In this document: in pieces, positions 36,373 to 46,107 of the stretch
Layout of the letters: the number at the start of each line of letters is the position of its first letter
Position numbering within the stretch: position 1 is the first letter of the stretch
Origin: a virus
IMG/VR virus record: IMGVR_UViG_3300020048_000024
Span: 95,890 to 159,889 of that record
DNA: 64,000 nucleotides
Reading direction: 5' to 3' (one strand)
Position numbers and translations under genes: made by a program
Notes under the pieces: model-generated
What the model was told of the DNA's origin: nothing
Databases searched by the model: none
The model's input: the letters and a program-made list of their open reading frames with translations, nothing else

Positions 36373-37251
36373 ATGAAAATTAACGAAATTGTTACCGAGG
36401 CAGTTAAACAAAGATTGGATCCTAAGTGCTGGAAAGGTAAGCATAAAGAGGGCACTAAGATCAAAGGTGGTGTTCGAGTTAATAATTGTGTACCAAATGA
36501 AAGTCTACAGGAATTTGCTTCAAGCGACAAAGATAGAGGCGATGATGGAGGAGATGAAGGATTCCCACGCAGACAGCCAAAGTTCAAACAAGGAGATGTA
36601 GTTTGGATCGAAGCAAACCCACCCAAGCATCGTAGTCATTTTGCTAGTAATTGCCCTGCCATTGTTATTGATTGTAGTCCTAAAGAAAGCGACCATGATG
36701 ACATAGTTTACCCAAGTCTTGATAAACACATGAATTCTGATGACATTGAATACTGGGTCAATAGTGCTCGTGAAGAAGCGGCTCGACAGCCTGAATATGG
36801 CTTGATAGCATTGCAAAGAGGAGATGTGTATAAAAGTTGGTGGTATAACGAGGATAATCTGATATTGATTCCAAAAGGAACTGATCCTGTTAAATTGTGC
36901 AGCAAGGGCGATACTGAATCTTATGATCAATTACCAGCTAAAGTTAAATCTTTATTAAATAGAGGATTAGGTCATGAAGATGTGACAGAAACCGCGGCTT
37001 GGCAAAAGAAGGCTGGAAAGAACAAGACAGGTGGTCTAAATCAAAAAGGTGTTGATTCATATCGTAAAGAACATCCAGGAAGTAAACTACAAACAGCAGT
37101 AACTACCAAGCCAAGTAAACTAAAGCCCGGTAGCAAAGATGCAAAACGTCGCAAAAGTTTTTGTGCTAGAATGTCTGGAGTTAAAGGGCCAATGAAAAAA
37201 GATGGTAAACCTACTCGAAAAGCACTAGCGTTAAGAAAGTGGAATTGTTAA
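36373..37251 (+). CDS. composite basic protein: CWKG..NCVP motif plus DUF6321-like C-terminal domain
   Basis: leader MKINEIVTE; AAWQ..GKN..GGLN.KG..SYR...PGSKL..RRKSFCARM..LRKWNC. Confidence 0.7.
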   Translation: MKINEIVTEAVKQRLDPKCWKGKHKEGTKIKGGVRVNNCVPNESLQEFASSDKDRGDDGGDEGFPRRQPKFKQGDVVWIEANPPKHRSHFASNCPAIVIDCSPKESDHDDIVYPSLDKHMNSDDIEYWVNSAREEAARQPEYGLIALQRGDVYKSWWYNEDNLILIPKGTDPVKLCSKGDTESYDQLPAKVKSLLNRGLGHEDVTETAAWQKKAGKNKTGGLNQKGVDSYRKEHPGSKLQTAVTTKPSKLKPGSKDAKRRKSFCARMSGVKGPMKKDGKPTRKALALRKWNC

Positions 37252-37268
37252 TAAATGAAGTCGATTAA

Positions 37269-38012
37269 GTGAGATCAGAAGAATTTATTGTAGAAGGATT
37301 CAAGCATAATCTAGCAGCGGCAACAATGCTGGGATTAAGTTCATTGAGTAATCCCACTGCTAATCTACAGCCAGCAGAAGTTATGCCAGTTCAATCTACT
37401 CAGACAGTTGGTAAATCATTACCGCTTGGAAAAAATGGAGTAAGTAACGAAGAAATTGCAGCTACAAGAGCATTATTACAAACACCCACTGCTAAAATGT
37501 TGTATAGAGAAGCGATAAAAGCTGGCATTAAAGGCACAGAATTGGCACAATTTTTGGCACAATGTGCTCATGAATCAAGAGACTTTCAAGATATCAAAGA
37601 ACGAGGCGGCACGTCATATTTTATGAAGCTATATGATAAGCAATATAGTCCACAAACTGCTGCTGATCTGGGTAATACTAAAAATGGTGATGGAGCAAAG
37701 TATTTTGGACGCGGATATATTCAATTATCAGGAAGAGAAAATTACACTAGAGCGAGTAAGGCACTGGGATTAGACCTAGTGAATCATCCTGAGTTAGTAG
37801 AAAGACCAGAAATTGCTGCTAAAACTTCAATTTGGTTTTGGCAAAACCGAGTGATAAAACGGTCAACTGATTTTAGTAATACTGCTGCTATGACTAAACC
37901 AATTAATAAAGGACTTCGTGATTTAGAAAAACGTCATGCCAAGTTTCTTGGATTTGATTATGTTATCAATGATAAAAGTAATGTAAAAGAACAGATAAAT
38001 AAAAGATCATGA
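37269..38012 (+). CDS. glycoside hydrolase family 19 (chitinase-like muramidase)
   Basis: AQFLAQCAHES, LGNT..GDG..Y.GRG.IQL.GR.NY, WFW, T..IN.G; leader MRSEEFIVE. Confidence 0.9.
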   Translation: MRSEEFIVEGFKHNLAAATMLGLSSLSNPTANLQPAEVMPVQSTQTVGKSLPLGKNGVSNEEIAATRALLQTPTAKMLYREAIKAGIKGTELAQFLAQCAHESRDFQDIKERGGTSYFMKLYDKQYSPQTAADLGNTKNGDGAKYFGRGYIQLSGRENYTRASKALGLDLVNHPELVERPEIAAKTSIWFWQNRVIKRSTDFSNTAAMTKPINKGLRDLEKRHAKFLGFDYVINDKSNVKEQINKRS

Positions 38013-39940
38013 GATACACTGATTTTAAAGCTATTATTAATGAAGTAGCAATGAACCCTACTGCTTATGCTCAGAGTATTGAGCAAGCACAGCAACATGG
38101 CGTCAAGATTGGTTTTGAATTTGAAGTATGTGTGCCTAGTGCTGTCTTTACGAGCAAAGAATCTAAGATCAAAACTATAAATTACAACTTAGTTGACGAA
38201 TTACTTTATGATGCAGACACAATAATAGATATGTCTCTTTATCAATATACTTCTGGAGATTCTGATCTGAGAAAGTTTGATAGCTTGTTTACTCCAAAGC
38301 CTAGAAAAAGTAAATATCCTAATCTTACTACTGCATTCAACACACTTTTAGAAAAAAGAGTCGAGCGAGCAAAAGAGCTATTTTATAAAATTCCCGAAGA
38401 TGTACGAGAAGAGTATATACCAGTTGCAAAAGCTAGACTTAGAAGATATACCGACGTCAACGATCAAAGAAATCCTCTGATGTTTGTACGAATACTTGCC
38501 CATTTGTTGTTGATAAATTCCAGAAGAGAAGCAAACCGACCATATAAAGATGCTCTAGAAGAGATGACTCAGCTTAGTTTTCATCAGTTAGATGTTCTTA
38601 GAGAAATGTTTCCTGAAACAAGTGTAGATAGAATTTTGGCTAGTATGTCAAAATATTTTGACTACGATCCGGAAAAAGTATATAATGAATATGATTTAGC
38701 TGAACATCTAGATGATGATGAAGATGATTATGAAGATTATCCGGGATACAGTAAAGCTAGCAAAGCTGTTGCTACTGCATTACGATCTACGATGAATAAA
38801 AAAGTTGTAATATTTGATGAATATCATGAAGATGATAAAAGACTAGATCGTTGGTACATTGAACCAGATGGTAGCTTGAGTCCAAACGAGCAGGAAGATG
38901 CTTGTGTCGAAATAGTAGGCCCACCACAAAAAGCTGCCAAAGCACTTGATTCATTAAAGCGATTCTTTGAAATGGCTCAACAGTTAAATCTTTATACTAA
39001 TCGTTCGACTGGTCTACATATCAATGTTAGTATTCCAAAAAATATTGATGTACTAAAGTTAGCTGTATTCACTGGTGACCAATATGTGCTAAAGCAGTAT
39101 GAAAGATTAGAAAATAACTACTCTCGTAGCGTCATGAGAGATTTAAGTGGTAATTATAATATGTCACCTGATTCGTCTAATTCGGTCGCTTTCAGTCAAG
39201 AAAAAACAGGCTCTGGTAAAAATGTATTTGGTCAAAAGAAATTTTCAAAAAATATTGAATTAGATCAGATTCAAGATATTGCTGATCGTATAAGCAATTC
39301 TCATACTGCTAGTATCAGCAATGAAAATGAAAATTATATTAGTTTTAGACATGTCGGCGGTGATTATTTAAAAGATCATCAAGGTATCGTCAATGTAGTA
39401 GGACGTTTTGTTCGCGCCATGATTATCGCTAGTGATCCAAATGCCTATCGTAATGAGTATCTAGCTGCAGTGGCCAAGTTAGCCGCTCCTGCTATGGCAT
39501 CAACTGGCTTTGATGCAGAAATTCTTAGAATTAAACAAGAAGGTCTTTCAATAATCACTGTGTATCTTTATAAAGATGGTCGTACTAATTTTAAAACATT
39601 ATTATCTAGAGCAGGTTATCAAGCTTCTCAGAATATTATAATTGGATCAATAGAGACCAATAGTGAAGAAGCTTATAACGTAATGGGAGCAAACGCACGT
39701 AACGAAAGTATGAAATTAAGATTAGCCGATTCGCCTATTACTAAATTTGCCAAGGTTGTTATACGACCAACAAATTTTACAGCAAGTGAGTATTATAGAC
39801 AACGAGTTGGTGGAGCATTAGGATACGTAGGAGACGGATATTCTCTTGAGATACTTGATAAATTACCACCTACCGATCCTTATGTGCAACAAGTTATCTT
39901 GCAGATGCGAAGAGATCGTTTTAAAAATAAGAAAAATTAA
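38009..39940 (+). CDS. putative amidoligase (COOH-NH2 ligase, GS fold), paralog 1
   Basis: GFEFE, WYIEPDGSL, EIVGPP, STGLHINVS, YISFRHVGGDY. Confidence 0.8.
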   Translation: MRYTDFKAIINEVAMNPTAYAQSIEQAQQHGVKIGFEFEVCVPSAVFTSKESKIKTINYNLVDELLYDADTIIDMSLYQYTSGDSDLRKFDSLFTPKPRKSKYPNLTTAFNTLLEKRVERAKELFYKIPEDVREEYIPVAKARLRRYTDVNDQRNPLMFVRILAHLLLINSRREANRPYKDALEEMTQLSFHQLDVLREMFPETSVDRILASMSKYFDYDPEKVYNEYDLAEHLDDDEDDYEDYPGYSKASKAVATALRSTMNKKVVIFDEYHEDDKRLDRWYIEPDGSLSPNEQEDACVEIVGPPQKAAKALDSLKRFFEMAQQLNLYTNRSTGLHINVSIPKNIDVLKLAVFTGDQYVLKQYERLENNYSRSVMRDLSGNYNMSPDSSNSVAFSQEKTGSGKNVFGQKKFSKNIELDQIQDIADRISNSHTASISNENENYISFRHVGGDYLKDHQGIVNVVGRFVRAMIIASDPNAYRNEYLAAVAKLAAPAMASTGFDAEILRIKQEGLSIITVYLYKDGRTNFKTLLSRAGYQASQNIIIGSIETNSEEAYNVMGANARNESMKLRLADSPITKFAKVVIRPTNFTASEYYRQRVGGALGYVGDGYSLEILDKLPPTDPYVQQVILQMRRDRFKNKKN

Positions 39941-42106
39941 ATGAGAGCTACTGAATTCACAACTTCAAACATTGACAATCAATTACTACCTATTAATGAA
40001 GTAGCAATGAACCCTACTGCTTATGCTCAGAGTATTGAGACAGGAGAATCATCTGGCGTTCTTATTGGATTTGAATTTGAAGTATGTGTACCTCAAGCTG
40101 CTATTAAATCATATCATGAAGCTGAAAGAGCAGCAGCATATTCAGCAGCACTAGCTGTCCCACAGTTGCCAGTTACTGCTCAACGAGTAGGACGTATTAT
40201 TAAACAAAATCCATCATCACTATGGCGCGGGTCGCAGGGTGACGATATGATAAAGTTTGATAGATATTTTACCCCAATCGACACTGCTAATTATCCTAGT
40301 ATGACTGCGGCCAAAAAATCTACTTTAGATAAAAGAGTTGAAACTACTAAAGAGATTATAAGTCAGTTACCAGCAGATTTATTACCAGGATTTAAAAGAC
40401 TTTCACGAGCTAAGATACAACGTAGAATTAGAACTAATAATTATGGGTATGAATTAAGTCCGGAACAGAAAGAATTAGAGGTGTTGGCCGATATCGCAGC
40501 AAGATACTATAAACATGTTCGAACTGATCCTCAGTATCATGCTTCAAGAGGACTTGAGAATCGATCTGATTCGTGGCGACGAGAGCATCGTGCTTCTAAT
40601 TATAATTCAGATGAGGCTGTAGCCAATAGAGCACTAGATGAGTTAATTAATAATCTTTGGGGTTTGAATGGCGATGTTAGAGTAAGTGAAATATTTAGAA
40701 TGATGTGGCCTGATGTATCTGAAGTCTTTAGATCCGAAGATAATGTAGTTTCAGCAGTGATGCATAATATTAATGGTTTATTTACATATGATCCACTAGA
40801 GGTATATAATGCATATTCTCTAGCAGATATTGATCCAGATGTTCCAAATGCACTACGACCAAATATGTCTAGAAATCCACCGAGTGATTTTCAAGGATAT
40901 AGAGGAGCAGCATTAGTATTAAATTCTTCACTTAAAAAGACAATGAATTCCGAGGTTATTGTATATGATCGCTATCATCAAGAAACTAAAGACATGACTA
41001 GCTGGTACATTGAACCAGATGGTAGCTTGAGACCCAATGGCTTTGATGGCGCTGCAGAGATAGTAGGACCACCTGAATCACCAAAAGCAGCTCTTACTTC
41101 TTTACGAAAATTCTTTACTATGGCTAGCGAATTAAAACTCTATACCAGCAAAAGAAATAACACTGGCTTGCATATTAACGTTAGTATTCCCAAAGAATTA
41201 GATGTACTTAAATTAGCAGTTATGTTAGGTGATGAATATATACTAAAGAAATTTGATCGTGAAAATAATAATTATGCCAAAAGTGTAATGAACTATCTAA
41301 AAACGCCCAACTCCGAAAATGTCGCTAGCACTGTATCGTCTGATATTAAAACTGCTTACGGTAGTACAGAATCTAAAATCAATTTGGATTTGTTGAAACA
41401 AATTGCAGAACGTATATCAGGTGATCACTTTTCCAGTATAAATTGGACTGGAAAATATATTAGCTTTAGACATGCAGGTGGTGACTATTTAAAAGATTAT
41501 AACGAAATATTAAATGTAGTAGGGCGTTTTGTGCGAGCTATGGTCATTGCTAGTGACCCCACAGCTTATCGTAATGAATACTTAAAAGCAGTAGTAAAGT
41601 TAGTAAATCAACGTCAACCTGTTGTACTCTCAGATAATGCTAGATATATTAAATATATTAAAGAAAATGGACTTGTTGTAAAAACAATTGACATGTATCT
41701 AAAGAAAGATAGCTTTAATAATCCATCTATACAAAATTTTCAAACAGTACTGTCTATAGATTACAAACTTGTACCAGAAGTCAACTATTCAATAACTACT
41801 AGTAGCGAACTAGCTCAACAAAAACTAATTACAAAAAGTAGTAGTAGTGGACGCGCTCGTGTATTAATGTCAGATCCAGAAAAGTCTCCCGTTCAACAGT
41901 TTGCTCATTGTGAAATTATTCCGTATACAATGGATATGGCTCAAGTTGAGCGCCAAAATGAATATCGAGGCGTACATGTTCAATACACTTTTGGAGGAGC
42001 AATAGCTGCTGGATATAAATATATTGCCGTTAAGGTAATTCCAGCCACTGATCCTCGTGCAATTAAATTTATGCGTGCATTGAGAACAACACAGCCAAGA
42101 TACTAG
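39941..42106 (+). CDS. putative amidoligase, paralog 2
   Basis: same motif set; longest insert. Confidence 0.8.
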   Translation: MRATEFTTSNIDNQLLPINEVAMNPTAYAQSIETGESSGVLIGFEFEVCVPQAAIKSYHEAERAAAYSAALAVPQLPVTAQRVGRIIKQNPSSLWRGSQGDDMIKFDRYFTPIDTANYPSMTAAKKSTLDKRVETTKEIISQLPADLLPGFKRLSRAKIQRRIRTNNYGYELSPEQKELEVLADIAARYYKHVRTDPQYHASRGLENRSDSWRREHRASNYNSDEAVANRALDELINNLWGLNGDVRVSEIFRMMWPDVSEVFRSEDNVVSAVMHNINGLFTYDPLEVYNAYSLADIDPDVPNALRPNMSRNPPSDFQGYRGAALVLNSSLKKTMNSEVIVYDRYHQETKDMTSWYIEPDGSLRPNGFDGAAEIVGPPESPKAALTSLRKFFTMASELKLYTSKRNNTGLHINVSIPKELDVLKLAVMLGDEYILKKFDRENNNYAKSVMNYLKTPNSENVASTVSSDIKTAYGSTESKINLDLLKQIAERISGDHFSSINWTGKYISFRHAGGDYLKDYNEILNVVGRFVRAMVIASDPTAYRNEYLKAVVKLVNQRQPVVLSDNARYIKYIKENGLVVKTIDMYLKKDSFNNPSIQNFQTVLSIDYKLVPEVNYSITTSSELAQQKLITKSSSSGRARVLMSDPEKSPVQQFAHCEIIPYTMDMAQVERQNEYRGVHVQYTFGGAIAAGYKYIAVKVIPATDPRAIKFMRALRTTQPRY

Positions 42107-42150
42107 ATTTCAAATAACTAAGTAGTAGCGAAAAAGATAAATACATTATC

Positions 42151-44163
42151 ATGAGATACTTAGACTTCAAATCATCACAGTTAAACGAAATTGCAATGAA
42201 TCCTACGGCATTCAAGCAAAGTATGTCCAATTCCGATCAAGTTAAGGTTGGATTCGAATTTGAATGTATTGTACCAGAAGCATCATTGAATGCGTGGAAA
42301 CAATCTTTAAATGATTCACAAAAAACAAAAGAAGAAATAATAGCTGATATTAAAACAAAGAATATTAAGGAATTTCGTCAACTAATTCCTGGACTAATTG
42401 ACATGAATAATTTTTTCTTTCAGTATATTACGCCAAAAGACTCTACTGATGGTGTTTTAAAATTATATCGTCAAGATTTTTTTTCTACTAAATTTTATAA
42501 AGAGTTAAGCAAAACTCTTAGCGCACAGCTTAGAAAGACAAAACGTCAATACGCCGATAATGGATACTCTCCAACTGAAATAAAAAATCAGATTCAACGA
42601 ACTAAAGATGAAGTCAAAAGAATTTTCAATGATAAATTACAAGTTGATTTATCATCTAGATCAAAAAGAAAATTAACATATGACGAAATTACTATGATAT
42701 CTTATGCATTATATACTGATTCAAATTGGGCTGCAGTTGAACAAACTTCTAGAATTTTAAGACACTGGATTGATCAGAATGCAGGTGTGTCAAGTGATTC
42801 ATTTACCCAATGGGTAATGGAAACTTACGGCACTGATAATATGGGTGAGCTATTAGCAACTAAATGGAAATTTGCTGCTGGTGGAACTACTAAGTTATTA
42901 AATTATATACGAAATAGAGATTCTAATAGAATTAGCAATGGATATAGTGGTACCAGCAAGATGATGAAAGCTGTATTTGAGCCAATATTTGGAGAAATGG
43001 TAGTATTCAATAACTATCATCAAGAAACAAAAAAACTAGATCGTTGGTATATTGAACCAGATGGTAGCTTAGGAGGTCAGGGAAATGATCAGGGTCTAGA
43101 GATAGTAGGACCACCTGAACCAGCTCCGATAGCATTGTCTACGTTGAGTAAATTTTTCACTACAGCAAAACAATACAACATATATACTAATAGTAGTACT
43201 GGATTACATATTAATGTAAGCGTTCCAGATAAATTAGATGTGCTTAAATTAGCACTAATTCTAGGTGACGAATACGTTTTAAATTTATTTGGACGAGGCC
43301 CAGGAACTCCAGGATCACGTTATGCTCGTAGTGTAATTATTAATCTCAAAAAAGAAGTACAGTCTCGCTCAAATCGTACTCAAGAAGAAATGATGAAGAT
43401 GCTTCCAAAAATAGCACAAAATATTTCTTCAGATCACTTTGCTAGTATAAACTTTAACGGAAAATATGTTAGTTTTAGATCAGCTGGAAATGATTATCTT
43501 AATAATCCTGAGGGAATAATTAACACACTAGGTCGTTTTGTTAGAGCAATGATTATTGCTAGTGATCCAACTGCTTACAAAGAAGAGTATTTGAAAAAAT
43601 TATATCAACTTACCTATGTACCTACTACTACACCAAATGCATGGCAAGCTATCATGAAATATAGAGAAACTGGAGTTTCTGCTATTAGAATTAATTGTGT
43701 TACTCTAGATACAGAAAAAGGCTTCAGTAAAAATTCTATCATTGAACGAGCAATTCGTCGAGGGTTGATTAATACTGATGGATGGTCTGCACCAATGTAC
43801 GTTGCAGATCCATCACAGTGGACTAACAATGTTGACATTCAGATATTGCTAGGAAACGAAGATATTAAGAGTGAGATGCTTGCTGGGACCAACGGATTTG
43901 GTCCAGAGACAACAGAAAAACTTGTAAATACTCCAGCAAATCAATATTATTCAATTATGATTTATCCAAAAACAGTATTGGCTGCTAATAATTTTGCAAA
44001 ATCTGAAATTCATAGTCGTGCATTTAATGCCGCTGGTGACTCTAGTATTCCATTTTACGGTAGAGTATTTAAAGTTAACATATCTAGTGGTGATGGAAAA
44101 TTATTCTCTGATATTATATCTAGTATGGCTAAAAGTGCAAAATCAACTACGGATAATACATAG
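42151..44163 (+). CDS. putative amidoligase, paralog 3
   Basis: same motif set; own ATAAATA promoter. Confidence 0.8.
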   Translation: MRYLDFKSSQLNEIAMNPTAFKQSMSNSDQVKVGFEFECIVPEASLNAWKQSLNDSQKTKEEIIADIKTKNIKEFRQLIPGLIDMNNFFFQYITPKDSTDGVLKLYRQDFFSTKFYKELSKTLSAQLRKTKRQYADNGYSPTEIKNQIQRTKDEVKRIFNDKLQVDLSSRSKRKLTYDEITMISYALYTDSNWAAVEQTSRILRHWIDQNAGVSSDSFTQWVMETYGTDNMGELLATKWKFAAGGTTKLLNYIRNRDSNRISNGYSGTSKMMKAVFEPIFGEMVVFNNYHQETKKLDRWYIEPDGSLGGQGNDQGLEIVGPPEPAPIALSTLSKFFTTAKQYNIYTNSSTGLHINVSVPDKLDVLKLALILGDEYVLNLFGRGPGTPGSRYARSVIINLKKEVQSRSNRTQEEMMKMLPKIAQNISSDHFASINFNGKYVSFRSAGNDYLNNPEGIINTLGRFVRAMIIASDPTAYKEEYLKKLYQLTYVPTTTPNAWQAIMKYRETGVSAIRINCVTLDTEKGFSKNSIIERAIRRGLINTDGWSAPMYVADPSQWTNNVDIQILLGNEDIKSEMLAGTNGFGPETTEKLVNTPANQYYSIMIYPKTVLAANNFAKSEIHSRAFNAAGDSSIPFYGRVFKVNISSGDGKLFSDIISSMAKSAKSTTDNT

Positions 44164-46106
44164 TGAGATACTCAGATTTAAAATCTACTGTAGTAGAAGT
44201 AGCGATGAATCCTACTGCGTATGCTCAATCAATGAAGCAGGCAGATGAAGTTAAAATTGGATTTGAATTTGAAGTATGTGTTCCTCAATATCGTATTGCT
44301 GATGCGCCCGAACTTGTAAAAACAATAACGGCAGAAACTGTTCAAGATATTATTACATATAATGACATGTTAATATCTAGTGGATTCGACGAGTATATAA
44401 GTCCAACAGTGTTTGACAAACTATTTAAATTTAAGGCTCCTAGCAAATATAGCAACATGACAGAAGTACTTGATGATTTACGAAAACAAGCATTGCCACA
44501 AATTTTAAAACTTTTTCATGAAATACCAGAGAACAAACGAGTAGAGGCAATTAAAGAAGCTAAAGATATTATGACGCGCAGCAATAGACGTAATTCTTGG
44601 AAATCATATGGATCTAAAGAATTGTATTTTGCTTATCTATTTGGGTATGAAATATATCTTCATAGTGGTCGTAGTGATACTCTTAAACGTATTGGATTAA
44701 ATATTCGTAATTTAGCAGATATTAGATGGTCGGAATTGCTCAATACAGCATTTGAATCTAACAATCTTTCAAACGAACAAAATATTCAGGATAATCTGAC
44801 AACGTATTTTACATTTGATCCTGATACAGTATATAATACTCTAAATTTAGCTGAATATAAAGCAGATGAAGATGATTATGATTATGATGATGATAATGAT
44901 TATGGATATGACTATTTGGGTGCAGTTAAAGTATTAAAACCAGCATTAGAAAAAACAATGAATTCTGAAGTAACTGTATTTTCAAGTTATCATCAAAGAA
45001 CTAAAAATATGACTAGCTGGTACATTGAACCAGATGGTAGTTTAAATACCAAAGAGTATGATGATGGTGCTGCTGAAATAGTAGGACCACCACAACCCGC
45101 AGCTAAAGCACTTGAAACACTAGCAAAATTTTATAGTATGGCTAAAAAATTACATCTGTATACTAATGATTCTACTGGATTACATATAAACATTAGTATC
45201 CCACAAAATATTGATGTATTAAAACTAGCTGTATTTTCTGGAGATCAGTATGTGCTACAACAGTTTAACAGACTGGATAATAATTATGCTGCAAGTGTTA
45301 TTCGTGGTTTAAAGACTGGTAATGACTGGCATCCTAGTGGATATCCTGGAATTACACCAAGAGCAGCAAATGATGAAGGATTGACAAAGCTAAAAATTAA
45401 ATCAATCGAGGATCTTGCTAAATCATTAACAAACAGACATACAGCTAGTATTACTAATAACGGAAAGTATATAAGTTTTCGTCAAGTTGGCGGAAATTAT
45501 CTAAATGATTATGATCAAGTTCTGAATGTAGTTGGAAGATTTGTTCGGGCTATTATTATTGCCAGTGATCCCAACGCTTATCGTAAAGAATATCTTGCTG
45601 AATTGGGTAAGATGATTATGCCAACATCTGATAATAGTATTGATTTACAAATTGAGCAACTAAGAAAAGAAGGAATGAAAGTAACTGTTGGTTGCATGTA
45701 CGTTAGTAGCTTTAGTATCGGTAGAAGCAGAGCTATGAAATGGGAAACTTTAATAAGAAATATATTTTTTGATCCGCAAGAGTACTCAAACACTGTTACA
45801 CTTTTAAGTCTAGACAAGAATAGCGAAGAAGCTAAATTAAAATTGTCTTTTACTAGAAGTGATATTAGTGCTGCTAAACAAAGACAATTACAAGCTGCGG
45901 ATGTTAAAAACTTTGCAAAGTTTGTCGTTCCAACAGATCAGATTCTTAAGTCAATGTCAAATTTGTTCGATCGGGTGCATACCAATTCAATTGGTTCTGA
46001 GGGCCAATGGGAAAGATTTACACTCACTAACACAGTTTTACCTTCAACTGATCCAATAGTTCAAAAGTTAATATTAAGTTTAAGAAAACAAAAATTAGGA
46101 AAATAA
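44163..46106 (+). CDS. putative amidoligase, paralog 4
   Basis: same motif set; GTG start overlapping previous stop. Confidence 0.8.
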   Translation: MRYSDLKSTVVEVAMNPTAYAQSMKQADEVKIGFEFEVCVPQYRIADAPELVKTITAETVQDIITYNDMLISSGFDEYISPTVFDKLFKFKAPSKYSNMTEVLDDLRKQALPQILKLFHEIPENKRVEAIKEAKDIMTRSNRRNSWKSYGSKELYFAYLFGYEIYLHSGRSDTLKRIGLNIRNLADIRWSELLNTAFESNNLSNEQNIQDNLTTYFTFDPDTVYNTLNLAEYKADEDDYDYDDDNDYGYDYLGAVKVLKPALEKTMNSEVTVFSSYHQRTKNMTSWYIEPDGSLNTKEYDDGAAEIVGPPQPAAKALETLAKFYSMAKKLHLYTNDSTGLHINISIPQNIDVLKLAVFSGDQYVLQQFNRLDNNYAASVIRGLKTGNDWHPSGYPGITPRAANDEGLTKLKIKSIEDLAKSLTNRHTASITNNGKYISFRQVGGNYLNDYDQVLNVVGRFVRAIIIASDPNAYRKEYLAELGKMIMPTSDNSIDLQIEQLRKEGMKVTVGCMYVSSFSIGRSRAMKWETLIRNIFFDPQEYSNTVTLLSLDKNSEEAKLKLSFTRSDISAAKQRQLQAADVKNFAKFVVPTDQILKSMSNLFDRVHTNSIGSEGQWERFTLTNTVLPSTDPIVQKLILSLRKQKLGK

Positions 46107-46107
46107 T

